Shown: positions 35,656 to 45,073 of the stretch, piece after piece
Layout of the letters: each line of letters opens with the position of its first letter
How positions within the stretch are numbered: the stretch's first letter is position 1
Assembly: GCA_016191875.1 (NCBI GenBank)
Contig: JACPVG010000016.1
Coordinates: 42,444-106,443, forward strand
Direction of reading: 5' to 3'
Length of the DNA: 64,000 nucleotides
From: Chloroflexota bacterium
GTDB taxonomy: Bacteria > Chloroflexota > Anaerolineae > Anaerolineales > UBA11579
Translations under genes and position numbers: made by a program
The notes under the pieces: model-generated
The model's database searches: none
Told to the model about the DNA's origin: nothing
The model's input: the letters and a program-made list of their open reading frames with translations, nothing else

Positions 35656-36492
35656 ATGCCCTATGAGGACCTGATTCGGGAGAATCGGCCAGCCATGTCA
35701 AAGAGCTTTGCCAAGCTGGCCGATTTTCTTCTGGATTCCTATGTTCAGGCAGCGCTGATGACGGCGACGGAGATCGCCCATCGGGTGGATATCGACGCGG
35801 CCACGGTGGTGCGCTTTGCCCAGCGGCTGGGGTATTCGGGTTTTCCCGAACTGCAGGCCGAGATCAAGGCGCGCGTCCTGCACGACCTGATGTTCCGGAC
35901 GGAGGCGGGCGGCCATCCCGAATCTGCGGCGGACATCGCCATTGCAACGCTGGAACGGCTCCAGGGAGCGATCGAGCAGGCGAAGTTTCTACTGGATGGC
36001 AAGACCATCAACCAGATGGTGGAGCGAATTGGAGAAGCCCGGCGAATCATCATCCTGCATGAGGGGATGGGCCAGGCGGCCGCCTACAACCTGATGAACC
36101 TGCTGGAACAAGGGGGGTTTATTGTGACTAACGTTCAGGCGGCGGTCAATGACCTGGCGCGGGCGGTCTCGACGGCCAGTAAGGACGATCTGATCCTGGC
36201 CATCGACGTGACCGGGGACGCGCCGTTCATCTCGCGAGCGCTGACCGAAGCTAACGGCGCTGGGATCCAGACAGCTGCCATCGTGGGCGCGGCCTCGCAC
36301 TCCAGCGCCCTTGCGGCAAAGATGATCCTTGCCGCCCAAAGCCAGCCTTCGCTGGGAATGAGTCTGGTGGTGGTGGATACGCTGGTGTTCGCTCTGGCAG
36401 AAGCCTTGCACTGGCGGTTCAAGGAGCGGTTCGCGGGGGCCGACGAAGCGTTGGAAGCGCTGTTCGAGCGTATTCAAATTGGCGACCGGTAG
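35656..36492 (+). CDS. RpiR/MurR-family transcriptional regulator (HTH_6 + SIS)
   Basis: MSKSFAKLADFLLDSYVQAALMTATEIAHRVDIDAATVVRFAQRLGYSGFPELQ, then a SIS domain. Start trimmed from 35482, which overlaps repeat copy 3. Confidence 0.85.
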   Translation: MPYEDLIRENRPAMSKSFAKLADFLLDSYVQAALMTATEIAHRVDIDAATVVRFAQRLGYSGFPELQAEIKARVLHDLMFRTEAGGHPESAADIAIATLERLQGAIEQAKFLLDGKTINQMVERIGEARRIIILHEGMGQAAAYNLMNLLEQGGFIVTNVQAAVNDLARAVSTASKDDLILAIDVTGDAPFISRALTEANGAGIQTAAIVGAASHSSALAAKMILAAQSQPSLGMSLVVVDTLVFALAEALHWRFKERFAGADEALEALFERIQIGDR

Positions 36493-36513
36493 GACGATTT
36501 CCCGGGACTCACT

Positions 36514-37299
36514 ATGCGTATTGTGCGTTATCAGGCGGGCGACGGTCCGGCGGTTTATGGCTGGGTGAATTCCGCCAGTGTGGAATCGTTGATGGTCGGT
36601 CCGCTGGAGGGTTCGCCTTTCAGCGAGTACCGCAGGGGAGAGGCTGCCATCCCGCTTGAAGCCGTTCACCTGCTTCCACCGGTTCTGCCCAGCAAGATCG
36701 TCTGTGTTGGCAGGAATTATGCCGACCATGCGAGAGAACATGGCGCGGAAGTCCCCGAATTGCCGTTGCTTTTCCTCAAGCCACCCTCGAGTTTGATCGG
36801 ACCCTTTGAGGCTATCATCCTTCCAGCGCAATCTCAACAGGTGGAGCACGAAGCCGAGTTGGGCGTGGTGATTGGCCGGCGTGGCCGGCGCGTTCAGCCC
36901 GATGAGGCTCTCGCCTATGTGTTGGGATATACGATCGCCAACGACGTGACGGCCCGCGACCTCCAGCGGCGGGACGGCCAATGGACGCGCGGCAAAGGCT
37001 TCGACACGTTCTGTCCGCTGGGGCCCTGGATCGAGACCAATTTCGATCCGGCGGATACGCTGCTGACCTGCCATGTGAACGACGAGATGCGCCAGATGGC
37101 CTCGACCCGTGATATGGTGTTCACGGTCAAGCAGTTGGTCGCGTTTGTCTCATCCGTGATGACATTGGAGCCCGGCGATGTGCTCCTGACCGGAACGCCG
37201 GCCGGGGTGGGCCTGCTTGTGGATGGGGACCAGGTGAAAATCACTATTGAAGGATTGGGGGAGTTGGCGAATCCGGTGAGGGCGGAGAAGGTGAGCTAA
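36514..37299 (+). CDS. Fumarylacetoacetate hydrolase (FAH) family protein
   Basis: KIVCVGRNYADHAREHG...LFLKPPSS...EAELGVVIG...GYTIANDVTARDLQ...KGFDTFCPLGP. Confidence 0.9.
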   Translation: MRIVRYQAGDGPAVYGWVNSASVESLMVGPLEGSPFSEYRRGEAAIPLEAVHLLPPVLPSKIVCVGRNYADHAREHGAEVPELPLLFLKPPSSLIGPFEAIILPAQSQQVEHEAELGVVIGRRGRRVQPDEALAYVLGYTIANDVTARDLQRRDGQWTRGKGFDTFCPLGPWIETNFDPADTLLTCHVNDEMRQMASTRDMVFTVKQLVAFVSSVMTLEPGDVLLTGTPAGVGLLVDGDQVKITIEGLGELANPVRAEKVS

Positions 37300-37301
37300 T
37301 G

Positions 37302-37327
37302 AAAAAAGGAGCCCGAGGCTCCTTTTA
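37302..37327. terminator. Bidirectional rho-independent terminator (FAH gene / tRNA-Pro)
   Basis: AAAAAA-GGAGCC-CGA-GGCTCC-TTTT. Confidence 0.75.
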
Positions 37328-37330
37328 TGT

Positions 37331-37408
<78 letters not shown>

Positions 37409-37628
37409 TTCTCCGGCGGGCATTATAGCGCGATAGGGTGTTCCTGGCAAGCAGATGGCGCTAAGGGGAATGGTCAACTTGGCGAGTAAGCTCCATTGTC
37501 TAATGTAATGTCGACTTGCTCGATTCAACATTCCTGCTCAAAGCCTGGCGGCGGGCTGAGGGCACGATGCAGATAGGCAGGTCGCCATCTTCCGTCCCAT
37601 GCAGGAATATTGGACGGAAGATGCGCGC

Positions 37629-37657
37629 TTGACAGGCTCTCGATTCCGTTCTATACT
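37629..37657 (+). promoter_or_regulatory. Promoter TTGACA-N17-TATACT for the tetR / beta-oxidation operon
   Basis: Consensus -35 at 37629-37634, 17-nt spacer, TATACT at 37652-37657. Confidence 0.6.
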
Positions 37658-37661
37658 AATT

Positions 37662-37679
37662 CTACCGAACGGTCGGTAG
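37662..37679 (+). promoter_or_regulatory. Palindromic operator candidate CTACCGA-ACGG-TCGGTAG
   Basis: 7-bp perfect inverted arms between the -10 and the tetR ATG (37686). This is the typical position for TetR autoregulation. Confidence 0.45.
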
Positions 37680-37685
37680 GGAACA

Positions 37686-38264
37686 ATGACGAGAGAAGCG
37701 ATCCTTGAAGCGGCAGCACAGATCATCAGTGAAAAGGGGTTTCATGCTGCCTCGATGCAGGATATCGCTGAAGCGGTGAACCTGCAAAAGGCCAGCCTGT
37801 ATCACCATGTAACCAGCAAACAAGAAATCCTTGTCGAATTGCTCGATCGTGCCCTGGCCATGTTGACCGAGCGCCTGGAAGGCATCCTGGCCGAGCCGAT
37901 GACTCCGGAAGAGCATCTCCGGGCGGCTCTGCGATCTTACCTGGAGGCACTCGTAGAGCACCGCGACCTGGCGGCCGTCCTGCTGCTCGAGCACCGCTCA
38001 CTGGAGCCTTTGTTTCATCAAAGGCATATTCCCCGGCGCGACCGGTTTGAAGCTTTGTGGCGCGGCATCCTCGACGAGGGCGTGGCTGCCGGGGCATTCG
38101 CCTCCGATGACAGCCGCATGGCGGTCAAAATGGTCCTCGGTACCGCCAATTGGACGATCATGTGGTTTCGACCGGGCGGGGAGAAAACGGCCCGGCAGAT
38201 CGCGGATGCCACCGCCGAGCTTTTGATCAATGGCCTTGCCATTCGGCCGCCTTCAGGAAATTGA
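37686..38264 (+). CDS. TetR/AcrR-family transcriptional regulator (FadR-like by context)
   Basis: MTREAILEAAAQIISEKGFHAASMQDIAEAVNLQKASLYHHVTSKQEIL: TetR_N HTH. Confidence 0.92.
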   Translation: MTREAILEAAAQIISEKGFHAASMQDIAEAVNLQKASLYHHVTSKQEILVELLDRALAMLTERLEGILAEPMTPEEHLRAALRSYLEALVEHRDLAAVLLLEHRSLEPLFHQRHIPRRDRFEALWRGILDEGVAAGAFASDDSRMAVKMVLGTANWTIMWFRPGGEKTARQIADATAELLINGLAIRPPSGN

Positions 38265-38297
38265 AGAAACCCAAGCGAACAGGAATTGGAGACAGAC

Positions 38298-39392
38298 ATG
38301 TACTCATTCCAACCCGATGAAGAACAACAAATGCTCATTGATGTCACCCGGAGGCTGGCGGCCAACGATCTGCGGCCGGCGGCGCACGAAGCCGAGGAGC
38401 ATGGCGAGATCCCGGTGTCTCTGGTGGCGAAAGGTTGGGAACTGGGCGTCTTGCAGGCATCGATCCCGGCCGAATTTGGGGGGTTCGGCGAGCGGTCGGC
38501 GCTGACGTCCGTCCTGGCACTTGAAGAGCTGGCCTATGGCGACCTGGCCGGCGCGCTAGCCATGATGGTTCCGGGACTGTTTGCCATCCCCGTACTGACG
38601 GCAGGGACGGAAGAACAGAAGAGTACCTACCTCCCGGCAATCGCCGAGGGCGCCTGGACGCCCTGGAGCGCGGCGCTGATCGAGTACCAATTCGATTTTG
38701 ACCCCCAGGATCTGCACACTATCGCGCGCCCGGATGGCGGAGATTACCTCATCTCCGGCGAGAAGCGCCTGGTGCCGTTCGCGACCGAGGCCAAAACCAT
38801 GCTGGTCTACGCTAACCTGGATGGACAGACACAGGCATTCATTGTCGATGCCAAGGCAGACGGAGTGACCGTCGGAGAACGCGAACAATTAATGGGCATC
38901 AACGCGCTGCCTCTATACTCCATCCATCTGGACAGCGTCCGGATCCCGAAGGCCAACCGGCTGGGTGGAGAGGCCGGGCATGATTTTGGGGCGCTGCTCT
39001 CGGCGATGCGCATAGGTATTTCGGCGGCCGCCATTGGGGTGGCACGAGCCTCATTCGAGTATGCCCGGGACTATGCCAAGGAACGCGAGGTACTGGGTTC
39101 GATGATCGCCCAGAAGCAATCGATCGCCTTCATGCTGGCGGAAATGGCGACCGAGATCGAAGCAACGCGGCTGATGATCTGGGAGGCAGCCTGGCTGCTC
39201 GATCAGGACAACCCAGACGCTGAGCGGGCGGCTTACCTGGCGTATAGCGGCGCGGTGGATATGGCGATGATGGTCACCGACCGGGGTGTGCAGATCCTCG
39301 GCGGCCATGGCTACATACGCGAGCATCCGGTGGAATTGTGGATGCGCAACGGGCGGGGCATCGCCAGCCTGACCGGCCTGGCAATCGTTTAA
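38298..39392 (+). CDS. Acyl-CoA dehydrogenase
   Basis: MYSFQPDEEQQMLIDVTRRLA...GGHGYIREHPVELWMRNGRGIASLTG. ATG at 38298 lies 6 nt after GGAG. Confidence 0.92.
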   Translation: MYSFQPDEEQQMLIDVTRRLAANDLRPAAHEAEEHGEIPVSLVAKGWELGVLQASIPAEFGGFGERSALTSVLALEELAYGDLAGALAMMVPGLFAIPVLTAGTEEQKSTYLPAIAEGAWTPWSAALIEYQFDFDPQDLHTIARPDGGDYLISGEKRLVPFATEAKTMLVYANLDGQTQAFIVDAKADGVTVGEREQLMGINALPLYSIHLDSVRIPKANRLGGEAGHDFGALLSAMRIGISAAAIGVARASFEYARDYAKEREVLGSMIAQKQSIAFMLAEMATEIEATRLMIWEAAWLLDQDNPDAERAAYLAYSGAVDMAMMVTDRGVQILGGHGYIREHPVELWMRNGRGIASLTGLAIV

Positions 39393-39415
39393 CACGGTGC
39401 AATCAGGAGAAACCC

Positions 39416-40660
39416 ATGATCAGTTTTGAGAAATCCGAAGCCATCGCTCAGATGCAGTATCTGATCCAGACCGTGGCCGACAACATGATGCGACCGTATT
39501 CCCGCCATTTCGATGAGCAGGAGGGCGAGATCCCCTGGGAATACATAAACTTCATGCATACCGCCATGAAGCAGATGGGCGCGGCGTCGCTGGTCCCGCA
39601 GCCCGAAAAAGAAGGGGAGGTCAAGGAGAAAAAAGGTCAGCGCCAGGCTTATCAGTTGATGGCCTACACCATCGAAATGCTTTCGTGGGGCGATGCCGGA
39701 ATGTACCTGTGCACGCCGCGCGGCGGGCTGGGCTCGGCAGCCATCGAGGCCGCGGGCACACCAGAGCAAAAAGCCAAGTTCCTTTCCAGGCTGAATGGCG
39801 ACGACCCAATCTTCACCGCCATGGCAATAACCGAGGCCCAGGCCGGGTCGGACAACTCGGCTATCCAGTGCCGGGCCGTGTTGGACGAGGCAACTCAGGA
39901 ATGGGTCTTGAGCGGCGAGAAGATCTTCATCACCGCAGGCCATAAGGCTTTTGTGGATACAAAGGGATTCATTGTGGTGTGGGCGACCATAGACCCGGAC
40001 GCAGGCCGCGCCGGCATCCGCTCGTTTGTGGTCGAGGCAGGCGCCCCCGGCGCTACCATTACCAAGAAGGAAAAGAAACTGGGCATTCGTTGCAGCGACA
40101 CCGTTACGTTGACCCTGGACAATTGCCGGGTGCCGTTTGAAAACATCCTAGGCAGCCCGACGGTCGAACCGAGCACAAAGGGTTTTAAGGGCGCGATGGA
40201 AACCTTCAACGTCACTCGCCCGTTGGTGGCAGCCAGCGCACTGGGCGTGGCCCGTGCGGCATTGGAGGAACTCAAGCGCATTCTGGCCGAACAGGGCGTG
40301 GAAATCCGTTACGGGCTGCCGCGCCAGAAGATGACCAACATCGAGCGCGAGGTGGTGGACATGGAGCGAATGGTACGTTCCTCGTGGCTGCTGTGTCTGA
40401 AAGCGGTCTGGATGTCCGACAACCGTATGCCGAACTCGCTTGAAGCCGCGATGAGTAAACTGCATGCTGGCGAGGTGGTGACCAAGGTCACCCAGAAGGC
40501 GGTGGAGTTGCTGGGGCCAATGGGTTACTCGCGCGAGTTCCTGATCGAAAAATGGTTCCGGGATGCCAAGATCAGCGACATCTATGAAGGCACGGGCCAG
40601 ATCAATCGGCTGGTAGCGGCGCGCCAACTGCTTGGCTACAGCGGCAAGGAACTGAGGTAG
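39416..40660 (+). CDS. Acyl-CoA dehydrogenase (second, longer paralogue)
   Basis: ITEAQAGSD...KIFITAG...GPMGYSREFLIEKWFRDAKISDIYEGTGQINR. Start trimmed to the ATG at 39416 (AGGAGA SD). Confidence 0.9.
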   Translation: MISFEKSEAIAQMQYLIQTVADNMMRPYSRHFDEQEGEIPWEYINFMHTAMKQMGAASLVPQPEKEGEVKEKKGQRQAYQLMAYTIEMLSWGDAGMYLCTPRGGLGSAAIEAAGTPEQKAKFLSRLNGDDPIFTAMAITEAQAGSDNSAIQCRAVLDEATQEWVLSGEKIFITAGHKAFVDTKGFIVVWATIDPDAGRAGIRSFVVEAGAPGATITKKEKKLGIRCSDTVTLTLDNCRVPFENILGSPTVEPSTKGFKGAMETFNVTRPLVAASALGVARAALEELKRILAEQGVEIRYGLPRQKMTNIEREVVDMERMVRSSWLLCLKAVWMSDNRMPNSLEAAMSKLHAGEVVTKVTQKAVELLGPMGYSREFLIEKWFRDAKISDIYEGTGQINRLVAARQLLGYSGKELR

Positions 40661-40677
40661 GTTCAAAGGAAGCGCCG

Positions 40678-43104
40678 ATGGAAAAATATACTATTCGCGA
40701 TGTGGTTGTGGTCGGCGCAGGGACGATGGGCGCCGCGATTGCCGCTCATCTGCTGAATGCCGGGCTGAGGGTAACCTTGCTGGATATCGCCCCGGATGCT
40801 CTGTCGGATGAAGAAAAGGGCAAGGGATTATCACTTGATGCTCCTGAGGTAAGAAGCCGAATCGTGCGTGCGGGCTGGGAGCGGGCAGTCAGGGCCCGTC
40901 CGGCCAATCTGTTCGCGCCTGACCTTGCGGAGCACATCCGGCTGGGAAACCTGGAGGATGATTTCGAGTGTATCCGGGGCGCAGACTGGGTGCTGGAGGT
41001 CGTCCTTGAGCGGCTCGATCTCAAGCGGGACCTGATGAGCAGAATCGATGCTATCCGGAAGGAAACCAGTATCATCAGCACAAACACCTCTGGAATCCCA
41101 GTGTCCTCGATCGCGGAGGGTCGCAGCCAATCGTTTCGCGAGCATTTCCTTGGAACACACTTTTTCAACCCCCCGCGCTACCTGAAACTGCTCGAGGTCA
41201 TCCCCACGGCGGAGACCCGCCCTGAAGTCCTGGCTGCCTTCCGCTCATTCGGCGAACGCCGGTTGGGGAAGGGCGTTGTACTTTGCAAAGACACGCCAAA
41301 TTTTATTGCCAACCGAATTGGCTCGGTGACCGGCGCGTTCGCGCTCAATTACATCCTGGAGCATGGCTACACTGTGCCGCAGGTGGAAGCGATCACCGGG
41401 CCGGTGATGGGGCGGCCGAAGACGGCCACCTTCCGGCTGCTTGACCTGGTGGGAGTGGACATCGCCGACCATGTCCGCGGCAACCTGGCAGCGTTAATCC
41501 CTCAGGATGCGCTCGCCCAGGAAGTATTGAACGCCGAGCGGGTCAGCAAACTCCAAGCTACGCTCATCGAGCGCGGCTGGCTGGGAAACAAGACCGGGGT
41601 GGGGTTCTATAAAACGGTGAAAGAGGAGGATGGCAAAGAATTCTGGCCGCTGAACCTGGAAACGCTGGAGCATGAACCGCCGGGCGAGAAGACGCGCTTC
41701 GACTCCATCGGCAAGATCAAGGATATCGAGGATGCCGCTGCCCGGATCAAGGCGTTAATGGGCGAAGATGACCGGGCGGCCGAATTGGCGCGGGCGATGG
41801 TGTACTTTGGCTTTGCTTACGCCTCGCATTGCGTCCCCGAGGTTGCCGACAACCTGGGGGCAATCGACGATGCGGTACGCTGGGGTTTCATGCATGCGCT
41901 CGGCCCGTTCGAGCTGTGGGACGCGTTGGGAGTCGCGGAGACCTGTACAGCCATGCGAGAGGCGGGTTATCCGCCGGCCGACTGGGTAGATGAGATGCGG
42001 GCTTCCGGCGCTGCGACGTTCTATGAGTATGTGGGGACGCAGAAGACCGCGGTGTATTATCCCGACAAGAAAACGCATTCGGCGATTGATGGTCTTATGG
42101 GCCGCCTCAGCCTGGTGGGATTGAGAGAAGAGGGGCGGGTGCTACGCAAGAACGACAGCGCCACGCTGATCGACCTGGGCGACGGAATCGCGTGTGTTGA
42201 ATTCCATACCAAGGTGAACGCGCTGGATGCGGACATCGGCAAACTGATGATGGAAGCTCTTGACTGCGCCGAAATGAGCTTCGACGGGCTGGTCATCGGG
42301 AATGAAGCCGAGAATTTCAGCGCCGGGGCCAACCTGTTCATGGTCGTCATGCTTGCCCAGCAGGGCATGTGGGCGGAACTGGATGAGCTCATCAAGGGAC
42401 TGCAAGACCTTAACATGCGGATGCGCTACTTTCACAAGCCGGTGGTGGCCGCTCCGGCGGGTCTGGCATTGGGCGGCGGCGTAGAGGTCATCATGCATGC
42501 CGGGCGGGTTGTGGCGCACAGCGAACTTTACGCGGGGCTGGTGGAACTGGGCGCGGGCGTGATCCCGGCTGGCGGCGGCACGAAAGAGATGCTGCGGCGC
42601 CTGCTCAACCCGCCAATGCGGGCCGACAACGCTGACCCACTGCCGTATTTGGAGCGAATCTTTCTCCAAGTTGGGCAAGCGAAGGTGGCGACCTCGGCGC
42701 TGGAGGCGCGGCAGTTTGGCATTCTGGGACCGGCCGACCGGATTGTGATGAACCGGGACACCTTGCTGGCTGAGGCCAAGCGCGAGGCTCGCTATCTGCA
42801 TGAGGGCGGCTATGTGCCTCCAACGCCTGAGAAAATTTATGCGGCGGGCCGGGATATGCTGGCGGCGTTGCGCATTGGAATCTACATGTTCGAAGAAGGG
42901 CGTTACATCAGTGAATACGACTCTTGCGTGGCGGGCAAACTTGCGCATGTGATGACCGGCGGAGATCTGAGCCGTCCCGCCTGGGTCGATGAGCAATACA
43001 TCCTAGACCTGGAGCGCGAAGCGTTCCTATCCCTGTGCGGCGACGAGCGCACCCAGCAGCGCATGTGGCACCTGCTGCAGACCGGCAAACCGCTGCGGAA
43101 CTGA
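40678..43104 (+). CDS. fadN: Bifunctional 3-hydroxyacyl-CoA dehydrogenase / enoyl-CoA hydratase (FadN-type architecture)
   Basis: N-terminal Rossmann VVVVGAGTMGAAIA...GTHFFNPPRYLKLLEV. C-terminal crotonase region (FSAGANL...AAPAGLALGGG). 808 aa. Confidence 0.92.
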   Translation: MEKYTIRDVVVVGAGTMGAAIAAHLLNAGLRVTLLDIAPDALSDEEKGKGLSLDAPEVRSRIVRAGWERAVRARPANLFAPDLAEHIRLGNLEDDFECIRGADWVLEVVLERLDLKRDLMSRIDAIRKETSIISTNTSGIPVSSIAEGRSQSFREHFLGTHFFNPPRYLKLLEVIPTAETRPEVLAAFRSFGERRLGKGVVLCKDTPNFIANRIGSVTGAFALNYILEHGYTVPQVEAITGPVMGRPKTATFRLLDLVGVDIADHVRGNLAALIPQDALAQEVLNAERVSKLQATLIERGWLGNKTGVGFYKTVKEEDGKEFWPLNLETLEHEPPGEKTRFDSIGKIKDIEDAAARIKALMGEDDRAAELARAMVYFGFAYASHCVPEVADNLGAIDDAVRWGFMHALGPFELWDALGVAETCTAMREAGYPPADWVDEMRASGAATFYEYVGTQKTAVYYPDKKTHSAIDGLMGRLSLVGLREEGRVLRKNDSATLIDLGDGIACVEFHTKVNALDADIGKLMMEALDCAEMSFDGLVIGNEAENFSAGANLFMVVMLAQQGMWAELDELIKGLQDLNMRMRYFHKPVVAAPAGLALGGGVEVIMHAGRVVAHSELYAGLVELGAGVIPAGGGTKEMLRRLLNPPMRADNADPLPYLERIFLQVGQAKVATSALEARQFGILGPADRIVMNRDTLLAEAKREARYLHEGGYVPPTPEKIYAAGRDMLAALRIGIYMFEEGRYISEYDSCVAGKLAHVMTGGDLSRPAWVDEQYILDLEREAFLSLCGDERTQQRMWHLLQTGKPLRN

Positions 43105-43121
43105 GAAGGCGAGTGACTACG

Positions 43122-44336
43122 ATGACAAAGAAACGCGACCCCCGATTGGAGCCTGTAATCGTGGCTGCCCGCCGTACGGCAGTGGGAAAAGCCAAGCGCG
43201 GCGCGCTGGCGACCACCCGACCGGACGATCTGGCAGCGGCGGTCATCCGGGCATTACTTGACGCGGCGCCAGCCTTGAAGCCGGAGGACATCGATGATGT
43301 CATTATCGGCTGCGCGATGCCGGAGGCTCAACAGGGGTTGAACCTGGCTCGCCGGGCGCTGCTACGCGCCGGTTTGCCGGCTGAAGTTCCCGGCCAAACC
43401 GTCAACCGGTTTTGTTCTTCAGGCCTGCAGACCATCGCTCATGGGGCGATGGCAATTATGTCTGGCATGGCCGAGGTTGTGATAGCGGGCGGGGCCGAGA
43501 GCATGAGCATGGTGCCAATGCGCGGCTGGAAGTTCGCTCCCAACCCACATTTCGCAGAGAAACTCCCCGAGGTGTATCTCAATATGGGTCTCACGGCAGA
43601 AAACGTCGCCGATGAGTTCGGAATCAGCCGGGAAGACCAGGACAGATTTGCACTCCGCAGCCACCAGAGCGCGGCGCGGGCGCTCGATCAAGGATTCTTT
43701 GCCAAACAGATCGTCCCGGTTGAGGTAGAAGTTGTCGAGGTAGACTCCGGCGGCAAGCAGGCCCGGCGGGAGTTCGTCCATTCGGTGGATGAAGGCGTAC
43801 GCGGTGACACCACGTTGGAAGCGCTGACAAAACTCAAACCGGTGTTCCGCGAAGGTGGCAGTGTGACGGCCGGCAATTCTTCACAAATGAACGACGCCGC
43901 GGCAGGTGTGATCCTGATGTCGCGGGCCAGGGCGGAGGATCTGGGCCTGACGCCGCTGGCGCGCTTTGTTGCCTTTGGGGTTGGTGGCGTGGCCCCGGAG
44001 GTGATGGGCATTGGGCCGGTGGTGGCAGTGCCCAAAGCCCTGAAGACCGCGGGATTGAACCTGGATGACATTGATCTGATCGAGGTCAATGAGGCATTTG
44101 CCGCGCAGGCGGTGGCCGTCATTCGCCAACTGGCGATGGATGAAGAAAAAGTCAATGTGAATGGCGGCGCGATCGCTCTCGGACATCCTCTGGGTTGTAC
44201 CGGCGCGAAACTGACCACTCAGTTGATTCATGAAATGGGCCGGCGCGGCTCTCGCTATGGGATGGTGACGATGTGCATCGGCGGCGGGATGGGCGCCGCG
44301 GGAATCTTTGAGAACCTGCAAGCCAAATTGAACTAA
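43122..44336 (+). CDS. fadA: Acetyl-CoA acyltransferase (3-ketoacyl-CoA thiolase)
   Basis: VNRFCSSGLQ (active Cys), ...NEAFAAQ...NVNGGAIALGHPLGCTGA...CIGGGMG. Start trimmed to the ATG at 43122. Confidence 0.95.
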   Translation: MTKKRDPRLEPVIVAARRTAVGKAKRGALATTRPDDLAAAVIRALLDAAPALKPEDIDDVIIGCAMPEAQQGLNLARRALLRAGLPAEVPGQTVNRFCSSGLQTIAHGAMAIMSGMAEVVIAGGAESMSMVPMRGWKFAPNPHFAEKLPEVYLNMGLTAENVADEFGISREDQDRFALRSHQSAARALDQGFFAKQIVPVEVEVVEVDSGGKQARREFVHSVDEGVRGDTTLEALTKLKPVFREGGSVTAGNSSQMNDAAAGVILMSRARAEDLGLTPLARFVAFGVGGVAPEVMGIGPVVAVPKALKTAGLNLDDIDLIEVNEAFAAQAVAVIRQLAMDEEKVNVNGGAIALGHPLGCTGAKLTTQLIHEMGRRGSRYGMVTMCIGGGMGAAGIFENLQAKLN

Positions 44337-44350
44337 GAGGAGCAGCTACC

Positions 44351-44680
44351 ATGGCGGTAACAATCAAGGAACTGATGGAGCGTATGCCGGGCGCGTTTCT
44401 CCCGGAGAAAGCCGGAGATACAGAGGCTGTGATTCAGTTCGAGTTCACAGGCGCTGAACCTGGCTCATGGCATGCAGCGATTCACAACGGCACCTGTGAA
44501 GTTAATGAAGGCCAGCATGCCAACCCGACAATGACTCTGATGGCGGACTCGTCCGATTACATCGATATCATTACCGGAAAAACAGATGCCATGAAAGCAT
44601 TTATGCAGGGGAAAGTAAAGTTGACTGGCAATCTGAATCTGGCAATGAAGATGACCAGTTTCTTCAAACTCGGCGGTTGA
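44351..44680 (+). CDS. SCP2 sterol-carrier-like domain protein
   Basis: ...ADSSDYIDIITGKTDAMKAFMQGKVKLTGNLNLAMKMTSFF: SCP2 C-terminal signature. GAGGAG SD. Confidence 0.82.
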   Translation: MAVTIKELMERMPGAFLPEKAGDTEAVIQFEFTGAEPGSWHAAIHNGTCEVNEGQHANPTMTLMADSSDYIDIITGKTDAMKAFMQGKVKLTGNLNLAMKMTSFFKLGG

Positions 44681-44683
44681 TTG

Positions 44684-44718
44684 AAGAACAAACCACCGCA
44701 GAGCGGTGGTTTGTTCTT
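44684..44718. terminator. Bidirectional terminator hairpin (16-bp stem) between convergent genes
   Basis: AAGAACAAACCACCGC-AGA-GCGGTGGTTTGTTCTT. Confidence 0.75.
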
Positions 44719-45073
44719 AGAACAGACCCCAATCTGCGCCGGCACCTTCTTCCATGTACGAAAGGTCCCATAATTCCATGCCCATTTCGATGCTGGTGGG
44801 CTGCCCGATGCTCTCTTCCGCCTTGGTGCGGGTCATTTCCAGCAGGGCGGGGGCGTAGGGGCAAAAGGGAGTGGTCATGATCATGGTGACGTGAGCCTTC
44901 TTCTCCTCTTCATCGAGGGCCACGTTGCGGACCAGACCCAATTCAATCACGTTCAGGCCGATTTCTGGATCCACCACCTCGCGCATGGCGGCTTCAACTC
45001 TTTCAACAAGCGCGGGGTGGGTGCTCTGGATCTCCCAGACAGCCTGCTTGGCAGGATCGTTTGCGGGACTCAT
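44717..45073 (-). CDS. DUF59/MIP18-family Fe-S assembly protein (SufT-like)
   Basis: VDPEIGLNVIELGLVRNV...MTTPFCPYAPAL. Confidence 0.85.
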   Translation of the reverse strand: MSPANDPAKQAVWEIQSTHPALVERVEAAMREVVDPEIGLNVIELGLVRNVALDEEEKKAHVTMIMTTPFCPYAPALLEMTRTKAEESIGQPTSIEMGMELWDLSYMEEGAGADWGLF

